Origin: a virus
Strand: one strand, 5' to 3'
Length of the DNA stretch: 64,000 nucleotides
Virus record (IMG/VR): IMGVR_UViG_3300030329_005813
Coordinates: 32,001-96,000 of that record
Notes under the pieces: model-generated
Database searches by the model: none
Told to the model about the DNA's origin: nothing
What the model saw: only the letters and a program-made list of their open reading frames with translations
Position numbers and translations under genes: made by a program
Part shown: in pieces, positions 17,950 through 26,432 of the stretch
Position numbering within the stretch: position 1 is the first letter of the stretch
Layout of the letters: the number at the start of each line of letters is the position of its first letter

Positions 17950-19319
17950 TATTCTTCTCCGTCTTTTTTCTTGGTTTGTCTAAACTTTTTATACTTCTCT
18001 TTTAGTACTTCGCTTTGGTCTTTAGTAGACAATGTATTTTGCTCTTCTCCAGTAGTCTGTAATACTTCTATCTGTACATTTCTTGTGTGCATTGAAACAG
18101 GAAATACTAAACCATCAGGGCCATTTCTGTTTTTAGCAACGAAAATTCTACCCGAATTACTCTGCTTGTCCTCTACGGTTCTCGAAAGCGAAAAAATAAA
18201 ATCTGACACAAAACACTTGTTGTAAGCTTCTGAGATTGATTCCATCGTGATAACTTCAGCATTCAGGCCCGACCTATTTGTTTGAGAAGCGGTCCAGACA
18301 CAGCAATTAAATTCCTTTGCCAAACCTCGCATCTCTTCATAAATAGATTCCAACTCATGTCTTTTCTCATTTTTGACAGAAATTGGCCGCAATAAATCTC
18401 CATAGTCAATAATGACCATATCTGGATTAATATCTCTCATTCTTAGTTTTTCTAGATGAGTTCTAAGAGTTCTCGTGGAGGCTGACTTGGTAGGATATTC
18501 TTTGACAATTAACACTCCTTCCAAGTCTTGAATTGTTTCATAGATCTCTTCTTTAAAGGAATGTAGATTGCCTAGAGGTACCTTAGTTATACAAGAATCA
18601 TAACGACTTGCTGTTATAGTGTCAGCTAACTCAAGAGTATAATGTACTACAGTCTTGCCCAACTTGATAGCTTGTGCTCCTAAATGGACCAAAACCATTG
18701 ATTTGCCAGCGCCTGTGGGGGCGATGACAACTCCAAGCTCCCCTATACCAAGACCACCTTGGCAGATTGAATCGATCTCCTGCCAACCTGTAGTTATCGG
18801 ACTCCGAGCCTTAATCTCAAATCGTCTTTCAAAGTCTTTTAAATAATCATACCCAAAATCAGTAGGATCACCCAGCTTAATTGCATTGTTAATGATTGAA
18901 GCAATTTCATCAAAAGAAGACTTTTGAAGAAGGCCAACCGACTTAATCATCGCTTCCTTAAGTTTTTGCTTTCGACAAAAATCCAGTGCAATGTTTTTAA
19001 TATAATCTGAGCCGTTTACTTTCGTATTATGGATGCGGGCAAAATAGTTTCTAAGTTGCTGCTGTGTGGCAACATTTTCATCTTCCAGATCAGCCCGAAT
19101 TATAGAGATCATAATCTTATAAGTCGGATGAACATCATACTCTTCGCGATATTCAAAAATCTTCTTGATAAATACACGAAGATATCGAAGCTCTAGAAAG
19201 TTAATATCTAGAACCTCCATAATCTGATCAGCAAAAGGCCGATCTTGTAAGATCATCTGACAAAGAGACTCTTGAAAGTCCTTGCCATACTTACTGAAAC
19301 TAGGCTTATCTGTGCCCAC
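17949..19319 (-). CDS. Replicative DnaB/gp41-like helicase
   Basis: APTGAGKS, TLE, IVKEYPT, IIDYGDLL, TASQTNR, KNRNG. Confidence 0.93.
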   Translation of the reverse strand: MGTDKPSFSKYGKDFQESLCQMILQDRPFADQIMEVLDINFLELRYLRVFIKKIFEYREEYDVHPTYKIMISIIRADLEDENVATQQQLRNYFARIHNTKVNGSDYIKNIALDFCRKQKLKEAMIKSVGLLQKSSFDEIASIINNAIKLGDPTDFGYDYLKDFERRFEIKARSPITTGWQEIDSICQGGLGIGELGVVIAPTGAGKSMVLVHLGAQAIKLGKTVVHYTLELADTITASRYDSCITKVPLGNLHSFKEEIYETIQDLEGVLIVKEYPTKSASTRTLRTHLEKLRMRDINPDMVIIDYGDLLRPISVKNEKRHELESIYEEMRGLAKEFNCCVWTASQTNRSGLNAEVITMESISEAYNKCFVSDFIFSLSRTVEDKQSNSGRIFVAKNRNGPDGLVFPVSMHTRNVQIEVLQTTGEEQNTLSTKDQSEVLKEKYKKFRQTKKKDGEE

Positions 19320-19341
19320 TAAAATCCCCCTGTGGCTATTA

Positions 19342-19370
19342 AATATAGCCTATTTTATTGCGCTTGTCAA
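19342..19370 (-). promoter_or_regulatory. Sigma70-type promoter
   Basis: TTGACA-17 bp-TATATT. Confidence 0.7.
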
Positions 19371-20335
19371 GCAGCTTCTTTATTTTTCTCAATCAGTCCA
19401 CGAAGCATCGCCATAAGCTCGGACCAATCATAAGAACCAAAACCGTGCTCAACAGAAGTGCGCTTAAGCTCGGTTGCATTTAGCTCAAATTCAAAATTAT
19501 CGAGCGCAAAGTTAATTTTTTGGCGCCCTTGAACTGAAATGCTAGGAGGGGTAAGATTCATTACTTTGTAGTTTGTCTCTACCGTATTCCAGCCCTCCAC
19601 AATCCTTTCATAGAATTTTAAATTACTGTCAATCTTGGCGCAATGGTCGTAAACCTTATCAAGTGTGTGCATCTTGTCTTCACACAAGAAGTCCAGACGC
19701 TTTGATATGGTCGCCAGTCCGGCTCCACGGATACCTACGAGATTATCGGACTTATCCCCGGCAATAGCTCGGGCAATCACGAAGTTTTCGGGTGAAATGC
19801 CGTATTCTTCAATAACAGTATTTTTGGTCCAAGCTTTCTTCTGGATAGGGCGGTACAGTACCGTCTCTTCATCGAGAAGCTGTAAAAAATCTTTATCCGA
19901 AGAGACAATTACCTTTTGCCAGCCGGCATACTTGGGCGACTGGACGACCATTGAAATAATATCATCTGCCTCGGTCCTATCTAATACTAGCTGCATAATC
20001 GGCATTTCGTTTAGCATTTCCATAAGGATACGCTGTTGCCAGATCATATTCTCTTTCTCAGATTGCTCCGACATGCCCTCGATCTTGTAGTTTTTTCGCA
20101 ATGGCTTTCGACCTTGCTTATACTCCTTGACCACTGTACGGCGCTTTTGAGAGCCACCAGAGCCATCCCAACAGATAATCACTCGGTCTGGCTTGGCTTC
20201 CCTCATAAGCTTCTTAATGGAGTTAATAAAGCCAACAGCGCCACCGATTGGGTTGCCATTGCTTGAGATCATTGGGTTAACAATGTAGTTCCTAATAAAC
20301 ATATTAAGAGCGTCAACTACTAATAATCGCCTCAT
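19367..20335 (-). CDS. 5'-3' exonuclease / T4 RNase H-like flap nuclease
   Basis: LVVDALN, EYKQGR, EADDII, SSDKDFLQL, GDKSDN..GI.G.G. Confidence 0.93.
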   Translation of the reverse strand: MRRLLVVDALNMFIRNYIVNPMISSNGNPIGGAVGFINSIKKLMREAKPDRVIICWDGSGGSQKRRTVVKEYKQGRKPLRKNYKIEGMSEQSEKENMIWQQRILMEMLNEMPIMQLVLDRTEADDIISMVVQSPKYAGWQKVIVSSDKDFLQLLDEETVLYRPIQKKAWTKNTVIEEYGISPENFVIARAIAGDKSDNLVGIRGAGLATISKRLDFLCEDKMHTLDKVYDHCAKIDSNLKFYERIVEGWNTVETNYKVMNLTPPSISVQGRQKINFALDNFEFELNATELKRTSVEHGFGSYDWSELMAMLRGLIEKNKEAA

Positions 20336-20802
20336 TGGCTCACTCCCCACCAATTTGGCACATTGCCGTTTTTCCACTTAGCAATACGCGCCTTGGCACC
20401 AATATAATAGTTTCTATATGATTCCACTGGATCTTCTGTTTTGAATTCGTTTGGCATCGCAAGACGAAATGGTGTTTGGCCAATGGTAGGCAAGTTAATG
20501 TTTAAGTTTTCGGCCCACTCAGTGACAGCTTGTGATTTATGAATCCTTCCATATCGCTTTGTATATTCTTCACACAAGGCGCGAGAATGTTTAACAAGCC
20601 ACTGCCAGTTTTCATAAGACTCGCCAGCCCACAACGTGCAAGGATGCTTAGGATGGGCCGTGCGATAAGGCGCATCAAGACCTTGCTTGCGTGCTACCGT
20701 ACACAACATCTGGTTGGATTCCAGAATCATTTTAACTACGTGCTTATCGCACATCATCTGTGCTGCAACGACCGGATCGTCGTGCAAAACAAAAATATTC
20801 AT
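20332..20802 (-). CDS. Pyrimidine-dimer DNA glycosylase-like protein (DenV/Pyr_excise family)
   Basis: MNIFVL...DKHVVKMILE..QML, HPCTLW, EY..RYG..H, YRNYY. Confidence 0.85.
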   Translation of the reverse strand: MNIFVLHDDPVVAAQMMCDKHVVKMILESNQMLCTVARKQGLDAPYRTAHPKHPCTLWAGESYENWQWLVKHSRALCEEYTKRYGRIHKSQAVTEWAENLNINLPTIGQTPFRLAMPNEFKTEDPVESYRNYYIGAKARIAKWKNGNVPNWWGVSQ

Positions 20803-20823
20803 ACTTTATCCCCCTGTGCTTAT

Positions 20824-20852
20824 AATATAGCACGTATTCTTAATCTAGTCAA
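20824..20852 (-). promoter_or_regulatory. Sigma70-type promoter
   Basis: TTGACT-17 bp-TATATT with a TG extension. Confidence 0.7.
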
Positions 20853-20872
20853 CAGAAAAGATGTCAAGAAAC

Positions 20873-22114
20873 CTAAAACTGCTCAGCTTCGGTTGATTCT
20901 GTTAATGCTAGCGTCGATGACTCACCGCCGGTAATCACTTCTTTAACAGCGTCAAAATAGCCTGTTCCGACCTCTCTCTGGTGTTTTGTAGCGGTATACC
21001 CAAGGCTTTCAGCCTCAAACTCACGCTGCTGGAGGTCAACATAGGCGGTCATCCCCTCATCGCGATAACCAGACGCCAGCTTGAACATACTGTGATTTAA
21101 AGCGTGAAACCCGGCCAAAGTTACAAACTGAAACTTATAGCCCATTTTTCCAAGTTCTTTCTGAAAGATCGCAATTGTTTCGTCATCTAGGTGCTTCTTC
21201 CAATTAAATGATGGAGAGCAGTTATAAGCCAGCAGCTTACCTGGATACTTTGCGTGAATTGCGTCGGCAAACTGCCTAGCTTCGTCCAAGTTTGGCTTCG
21301 AGGTTTCACACCAGATTAGGTCTGCATACGGGGCATACTGTAGGCCACGATTAATGGCCATCTCAATGCCGCCCGTAATCTTATAAAAACCTTCAGCTGT
21401 CCGGACATCATCAGTAATAAATTTGCGATCTTCTTCATCGATATCGGTCGTCAACAACTTAGCGCTGTTTGCGTCAGTTCGTGCAATTAAGACGGTTGGA
21501 ACACGCATAACGTCTGCTGCCAAGCGAGCAGCCTTAAGATTACGAATAAATTGTGATCCTGGAATTAGTACTTTGCCGCCTAAGTGACCACATTTCTTTT
21601 CTGAGCTTAGCTGGTCTTCAAAATGAACTCCCGCCGCTCCAGCTTCAATCATAGCTCTCATAAGCTCGTAAGCGTTAAGTGGGCCACCAAAGCCAGCTTC
21701 GGCGTCGGCAACGATTGGCACCATCCAGTCCTTTGAACTATTCCCTTCAACACTATCAATTTGGTCGGCCCTGTGCAAAGCCTGATTAATCCTTTTTACA
21801 ACGTGAGGCACACTATTCGCTGGATACAAGCTCTGATCTGGGTACATATGGCCAGATAGGTTGGCATCTGCTGCCACTTGCCAGCCGGACAAGTAGATTG
21901 CTTTAAGCCCAGCTTTAACTTGTTGAACTGCTTGATTACCAGTTAGAGCGCCAAGGGCGATGACGGGATCTGGCTCGTGAATAGCATCCCATAGCTTATT
22001 TGCGCCTTGGATTGCCAAAGAGTGATAAATATACACACTTCCGCGCAACCTAGATACATCTTGATTAGTCCAATCTCTTTTAATTCCCTTCCAACGAAAA
22101 GTCTTGTCGCTCAT
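20873..22114 (-). CDS. aceA: Isocitrate lyase
   Basis: [32 protein letters not shown], catalytic [35 protein letters not shown]. Confidence 0.97.
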   Translation of the reverse strand: MSDKTFRWKGIKRDWTNQDVSRLRGSVYIYHSLAIQGANKLWDAIHEPDPVIALGALTGNQAVQQVKAGLKAIYLSGWQVAADANLSGHMYPDQSLYPANSVPHVVKRINQALHRADQIDSVEGNSSKDWMVPIVADAEAGFGGPLNAYELMRAMIEAGAAGVHFEDQLSSEKKCGHLGGKVLIPGSQFIRNLKAARLAADVMRVPTVLIARTDANSAKLLTTDIDEEDRKFITDDVRTAEGFYKITGGIEMAINRGLQYAPYADLIWCETSKPNLDEARQFADAIHAKYPGKLLAYNCSPSFNWKKHLDDETIAIFQKELGKMGYKFQFVTLAGFHALNHSMFKLASGYRDEGMTAYVDLQQREFEAESLGYTATKHQREVGTGYFDAVKEVITGGESSTLALTESTEAEQF

Positions 22115-22151
22115 ATTAATTTCCTCTTTATTAAAAAATAGGCTTAAAAGT

Positions 22152-22199
22152 AAAACCCCTCAACATGATTAATATACCATGTTGAGGGGCCGTTGTCAA
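22152..22199 (-). promoter_or_regulatory. Overlapping intrinsic terminator and sigma70 promoter upstream of aceA
   Basis: 12-bp perfect inverted repeat CCCCTCAACATG/CATGTTGAGGGG followed by TTTT; TTGACA (22194-22199)-17 bp-TATATT (22171-22176) overlaps it. Confidence 0.75.
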
Positions 22200-22209
22200 G
22201 TTAAAAAAT

Positions 22210-22500
22210 TTAGCGACGTACTCTAATTCGATGTCCACTTCTAACCACCACAGTTGGTCGAGGCCGAACAACAACGGGTGGCCGGACAACAACCGGCGGT
22301 CGAATAACAACGGGTGGCCGGATAATAACCGAAGGACGAACGTATGTATACACGTTCGGCTGAGCCACCGGGATGTAACGAACCTGCGGGTGCGTATACA
22401 CTGTCACAACTGGCGGGCGCGTTACTTGCGCCACAACCGTTGGGTGCGCCTGTGCTTGGAGACACCCAAACAACATTAAAATGCTAGCAAAAATACTCAT
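22210..22500 (-). CDS. Secreted Pro/Val/Arg-rich repeat protein
   Basis: Signal peptide; tandem RPPVV(I/V) repeats. Confidence 0.65.
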   Translation of the reverse strand: MSIFASILMLFGCLQAQAHPTVVAQVTRPPVVTVYTHPQVRYIPVAQPNVYTYVRPSVIIRPPVVIRPPVVVRPPVVVRPRPTVVVRSGHRIRVRR

Positions 22501-22542
22501 TTCTTATTCCTCCAATATTAATTAGACGCTCGGCATACAGTT

Positions 22543-23667
22543 TTATTCATCTTCGCCATCAATATCATAAAATTCTTTGGCGTCGACTTCTTTCTTCTCG
22601 AATTTAAGAATAACTTCCTGTTCCATAAGTTGCAAAATGCGATTACGAAACTTGTCATCTTGCAACTTACTAATCCAAGTGGCAGACTGAAACTTTTCTT
22701 CTGAGCCATCTTCATACTTAAGCGTAAACCATGCACCGGCATTTGTAATGTGCTTAGAACTCTTAATAGCCTCTAACCAAGATTCTTCATCTTGAATCTT
22801 CACATCATCGCCTGCCCATAAGATCTTAAATGTGCATTCTCGCGCATCAGAGCCAAACCTTGACTTCTTAATCTTAGCCTTAACCTCAGTGCCAACCCTA
22901 AAGCCCTTATCGTCGTAAATGAAGCTAGCTTTTCCTCGACGGGCGGTAAGCCAGATGCGAAGCGAATAAGCGTAGATTGCAGCCTTTCCACCAGGGGTAA
23001 AATAGGGCTCCAAACGGGCTTCTGCGATATTGCTTGTAATGTTGGTCTTAAGTTGGTTTAGGATAAGCAAGGTTGATTGTGAGTTGGCAATCGGCACAGT
23101 TAACTTAGAAAACCCTTTTGACAAAATACGAGGCTTAACCGCCATACTGGATAAAGGATTGAAATCACCATCGATATCCGAAATAGCAGGCGTCATAGCC
23201 AGCGAATCCCAGATAAAAAGCATTTGGTTTTCATTGCCGGCTAATAACTCCTCAATCGTTTCTAGAACAAACTCGACCGATTGAGCCTGGATATAAAGTA
23301 GATTTTCAATATCACAGCCCGCATTTGCCAAAAACTCTGGGTCTACAGCAGACTCAGAGTCAAAATATACCACATCAATCCCCATTTTCTGAGCATTGCC
23401 AGCAACCTGAGCCGCCATATATGACTTACCAGACGCTGAAAGACCAGCAATCTCGCTGATCTTACCCACTGGAATCCCAGCATACCTGCCTCGACAAATA
23501 ATAGAGTTTAACCAACGAGATCCGGTTGGGATCCACTGCTTAACTTCTGTAGGATTTGAATCCCCTAGGTCGTGTGCCACAGTTACGCCGGCCTTTTTAT
23601 TAACAATCTTTCGCATATCAGCGATAGAAAGTTTTCCAGCTTTAGGCTTTTTTGATGTACGTGGCAT
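22543..23667 (-). CDS. uvsX: RecA/UvsX recombinase
   Basis: IPTGS, GLSASGKS, FDSE, IWDSL, LNQ, TPGG.A..YAYSLRI. Confidence 0.93.
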   Translation of the reverse strand: MPRTSKKPKAGKLSIADMRKIVNKKAGVTVAHDLGDSNPTEVKQWIPTGSRWLNSIICRGRYAGIPVGKISEIAGLSASGKSYMAAQVAGNAQKMGIDVVYFDSESAVDPEFLANAGCDIENLLYIQAQSVEFVLETIEELLAGNENQMLFIWDSLAMTPAISDIDGDFNPLSSMAVKPRILSKGFSKLTVPIANSQSTLLILNQLKTNITSNIAEARLEPYFTPGGKAAIYAYSLRIWLTARRGKASFIYDDKGFRVGTEVKAKIKKSRFGSDARECTFKILWAGDDVKIQDEESWLEAIKSSKHITNAGAWFTLKYEDGSEEKFQSATWISKLQDDKFRNRILQLMEQEVILKFEKKEVDAKEFYDIDGEDE

Positions 23668-24135
23668 TTACTTCTCCAAAGTCAAAAGACCGTTCTCAGT
23701 CAGTACTTGTGCTTCCCAGCCACTAAAAGAAAAAGGATGATTTTTAAGATCTTGAACCTTGACATCAAAATCAAGTGTAAAAGTAGTAAAACCTCGCTTG
23801 TGATCGAAACGCTCTGTATGGTGCTCAAACCAATCATAGTCCCAGTGATTATCAGCAATCACCTCGGCCACAAAATCTGTAAAGGTACCATCTCCACGCT
23901 CATAATCATCAAGTAGCCCTTCATCACGCATCTCTTCTAAAATAGCATTGCCATTTAGATACAATGGGCCATCTGTAATTGCTTCTGCTAATGTGTGTGC
24001 GATTCCAGTTTCATGCATAGCGTGAAAAAGAAAGTCATCAGTATAATGATGCACATCACACCCATCTTCATAGCTTACGCGCACTTCTGCATTGTCATCA
24101 AGCCTTAAAGCTTGAAGCTTCTTATAAATACTCAT
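23668..24135 (-). CDS. Hypothetical protein
   Basis: Start MSIYKK after an AGGAGG RBS. Confidence 0.65.
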   Translation of the reverse strand: MSIYKKLQALRLDDNAEVRVSYEDGCDVHHYTDDFLFHAMHETGIAHTLAEAITDGPLYLNGNAILEEMRDEGLLDDYERGDGTFTDFVAEVIADNHWDYDWFEHHTERFDHKRGFTTFTLDFDVKVQDLKNHPFSFSGWEAQVLTENGLLTLEK

Positions 24136-24155
24136 TATCCCTCCTAAAAAAATAC

Positions 24156-24186
24156 GGGGCATCTGTAAACCCATGCCCCCCTGCGG
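24156..24186 (-). other. Repeated intergenic RNA hairpin, copy 1
   Basis: CCGCAG-GGGGGCAT-GGGTTTACAG-ATGCCCC. Confidence 0.7.
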
Positions 24187-24196
24187 TTGGGGGATT

Positions 24197-24460
24197 TTAA
24201 TTATTTGAGTTTTCTTCGATCTCGACCGCGTGATCATCTTCATTCTCGATAATCTTCTCGGCAGTAATCTCGGAAACTTCTGAGGGGTTCTCCTCATTGG
24301 TAATATCGGGAACCTCTTCATTATTCTCGATATTAGTAATATCGGCTGTCACGTCGCTATTTTCTTGATCAAAGCCAACGAAAAAAAACAAAGCCGCAAG
24401 CCCAATGCCAATAAATCCTAAAATGGCAATCTTGTTCTTGTTATTAATCTTTTCAGACAT
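24197..24460 (-). CDS. Single-pass membrane protein with acidic tail
   Basis: N-terminal TM helix, E/N-rich C-terminus. Confidence 0.65.
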   Translation of the reverse strand: MSEKINNKNKIAILGFIGIGLAALFFFVGFDQENSDVTADITNIENNEEVPDITNEENPSEVSEITAEKIIENEDDHAVEIEENSNN

Positions 24461-24485
24461 ATTTTAATTTTCCTTTATATTGTGT

Positions 24486-24517
24486 GAAGGCATCTATAAC
24501 CCCATGCCTTCCTGCGG
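24486..24517 (-). other. Repeated intergenic RNA hairpin, copy 2
   Basis: CCGCAG-GAAGGCAT-GGGGTTATAG-ATGCCTTC; compensatory stem changes relative to copy 1. Confidence 0.7.
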
Positions 24518-24524
24518 GCCACAA

Positions 24525-24782
24525 CTAGTCTTGTGAGTCGGTGTCGGCGTCTGTATCAGCGTCGGTATCCGCGTCCGTATCGGCATCGGTATCCGCATCT
24601 GTATCAGCATCGGTATCCGAGTCCGTATCGGCATCGGTATCCGTATCCGCCTCTACCACGTCAGTGTCATCAGTAACCTCGTCACAAGCGGGATCGCAAG
24701 CAACGATGAAAACAGTGGCAAGAATCGCCCCCATTCCCACAAGCACACCAATAACCATATCACGACTAATAAAGTCAAACAT
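24525..24782 (-). CDS. Membrane/lipoprotein with (DTDA)n acidic repeat
   Basis: Hydrophobic leader ending IVAC, followed by tandem DTDA repeats (12-nt repeat at about 24540-24650). Confidence 0.7.
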   Translation of the reverse strand: MFDFISRDMVIGVLVGMGAILATVFIVACDPACDEVTDDTDVVEADTDTDADTDSDTDADTDADTDADTDADTDADTDADTDSQD

Positions 24783-24797
24783 ACTAACTTTCTCCTT

Positions 24798-25550
24798 TTA
24801 AGCGTTCATCAATTCGTTGAACGCGGCATCAACACTAGTGGTTGACCCATTCTTATCATACTTTACAACATCTTCTGAACCGTCGTCCTCACCGGCCAAC
24901 CATTCATCAAGCATCGTTTGGATCTCCTCTGGGGTCTTCCTGGGGAACAACCCGTCAAAATCCGGAATACTATTCAGAAGCTCGGCGCACTTTTCGGCAC
25001 CGCCGACAGCATCGTCACACAAAGGCGACGTTCGTCGTCGGGGAGTCAAAGTGGTTTGCGGAAACTGTGCTCCTGCCGGCTTACCATATTTGAGAACAAG
25101 GTCGGTACCCGTCTCGACATCAGTAATGTCGCCGTACTCGGGGTTGAGAACAAGATTCAACAACTCCTGATACGCCATCTTACCGAAGCCCCAGATTCGG
25201 ACGCCCTTCTCCTCCTCTCCGCGAACCAAAACAGGTGCAAAGAAGCGTTGACGGGCCATGAGATCCTTGGCCATTTTAATAGACTCTTCGGTCCCTTCAT
25301 TAAACAACTGACGAACAAAATCGTTCAGCGGGTCATCAATACCAAAGTTTCGCTTTGGACTGAGAAACCCGGGGTTCTTACCCAAGTTATAGTGGAACCA
25401 ATACTCCTTGAAGGGGTCTCCATCAGGAGTGGGAACAATACGAATCGTCTGCTCACCATCTTCGGGACGCCAAAAAGCAGAATCTTTCTTTTGTCCTCGG
25501 TTTTGAAGCGCTTCCAGCTTGGAGCGCATTTTATCTAGATCAATAGCCAT
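24798..25550 (-). CDS. Single-stranded DNA-binding protein (gp32-like)
   Basis: FWRP..G...IRIVP, FHY, G..IWGFGK, YGDITD...G.D, acidic C-terminus; 8-bp hairpin at 25578-25601 upstream. Confidence 0.85.
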   Translation of the reverse strand: MAIDLDKMRSKLEALQNRGQKKDSAFWRPEDGEQTIRIVPTPDGDPFKEYWFHYNLGKNPGFLSPKRNFGIDDPLNDFVRQLFNEGTEESIKMAKDLMARQRFFAPVLVRGEEEKGVRIWGFGKMAYQELLNLVLNPEYGDITDVETGTDLVLKYGKPAGAQFPQTTLTPRRRTSPLCDDAVGGAEKCAELLNSIPDFDGLFPRKTPEEIQTMLDEWLAGEDDGSEDVVKYDKNGSTTSVDAAFNELMNA

Positions 25551-25601
25551 TTTTATTTTTCCTTTTATTGTTAGAGTCAGAACAGCAAATATCCTGTTCT
25601 G

Positions 25602-26432
25602 CTAGCTTTGAATTTTTGAACTATAAGCTAAGACGTAGCCATAATCCATTTCGTAGTTGGTAGGAAATACTCCAAATGAAACATTTACTGTTTCGTCCTT
25701 CACTTTTCCTTTCATTTGCGAAACAATCTTCGTATGAAGGTCGCCGTCTTCTCGCAATCTTTCCTCATTTACCCCATAAATATAACTGATTTCTTCAGGG
25801 CTGTCAAGAGGAAAAAACAATTTTTCTTCATCTTTTTCGATATCATAGATTCCAAGTGTACAAATTTTACGAATCTTACTCGGAGGAGATAAAGATCCCA
25901 TAACAGGCTCAGCGTTGTTGAAGATGTTAACCATATGCATCGTATATACAATTAAATCATTCAATTTCTTGTAGTAGCCCATAATCGGTACAGTACCTAA
26001 GATACTCTCTACTAACGTATTTGACACCAAATAAATCTTGTTAATTGCTGCTGAACGAGCATATTGTTGTAATACGTTATAAGTTACTTTTTCGTGGAGT
26101 CGCTTGGGCTCACTTAATAGCTGTGTGTCTGGGTGGACGTACAGTACATTTATAGCGCACGAATCCTTGATTTCTTCCATTATGCGAAGACACATACCAG
26201 ATATGTCGCCAGAGCCACCAATGACGAAAATAGTCTCTCCCTCAATATCTTTAAAAAACTCTTTAAAAGAGGGAGCGTTCTTTTCATACTCCTCTGGTCC
26301 TCGCTGCTTTTCCACACCGTAGCAGGACGGACCCACGAGGCCAACATCAATCTTGAATATTTTATATTCTGGATATTCGCCGAATCTATCGGCAATAGCG
26401 CATCCAGCTTTTCCAAGTCCAATGACATTCAT
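25602..26432 (-). CDS. Divergent tubulin/FtsZ-like protein (PhuZ-like)
   Basis: MNVIGLGKAGCAIAD (T1 loop), GGSGDISG at the T4-loop position, V.P, LVSN, N..I. Confidence 0.7.
   Translation of the reverse strand: MNVIGLGKAGCAIADRFGEYPEYKIFKIDVGLVGPSCYGVEKQRGPEEYEKNAPSFKEFFKDIEGETIFVIGGSGDISGMCLRIMEEIKDSCAINVLYVHPDTQLLSEPKRLHEKVTYNVLQQYARSAAINKIYLVSNTLVESILGTVPIMGYYKKLNDLIVYTMHMVNIFNNAEPVMGSLSPPSKIRKICTLGIYDIEKDEEKLFFPLDSPEEISYIYGVNEERLREDGDLHTKIVSQMKGKVKDETVNVSFGVFPTNYEMDYGYVLAYSSKIQS

Noticed and set aside
5127-19319. Inteins or introns in dnaE, nrdJ or the helicase
   Set aside because: The ORFs are continuous and of normal length with no splice motifs seen; the HNH gene is free-standing.
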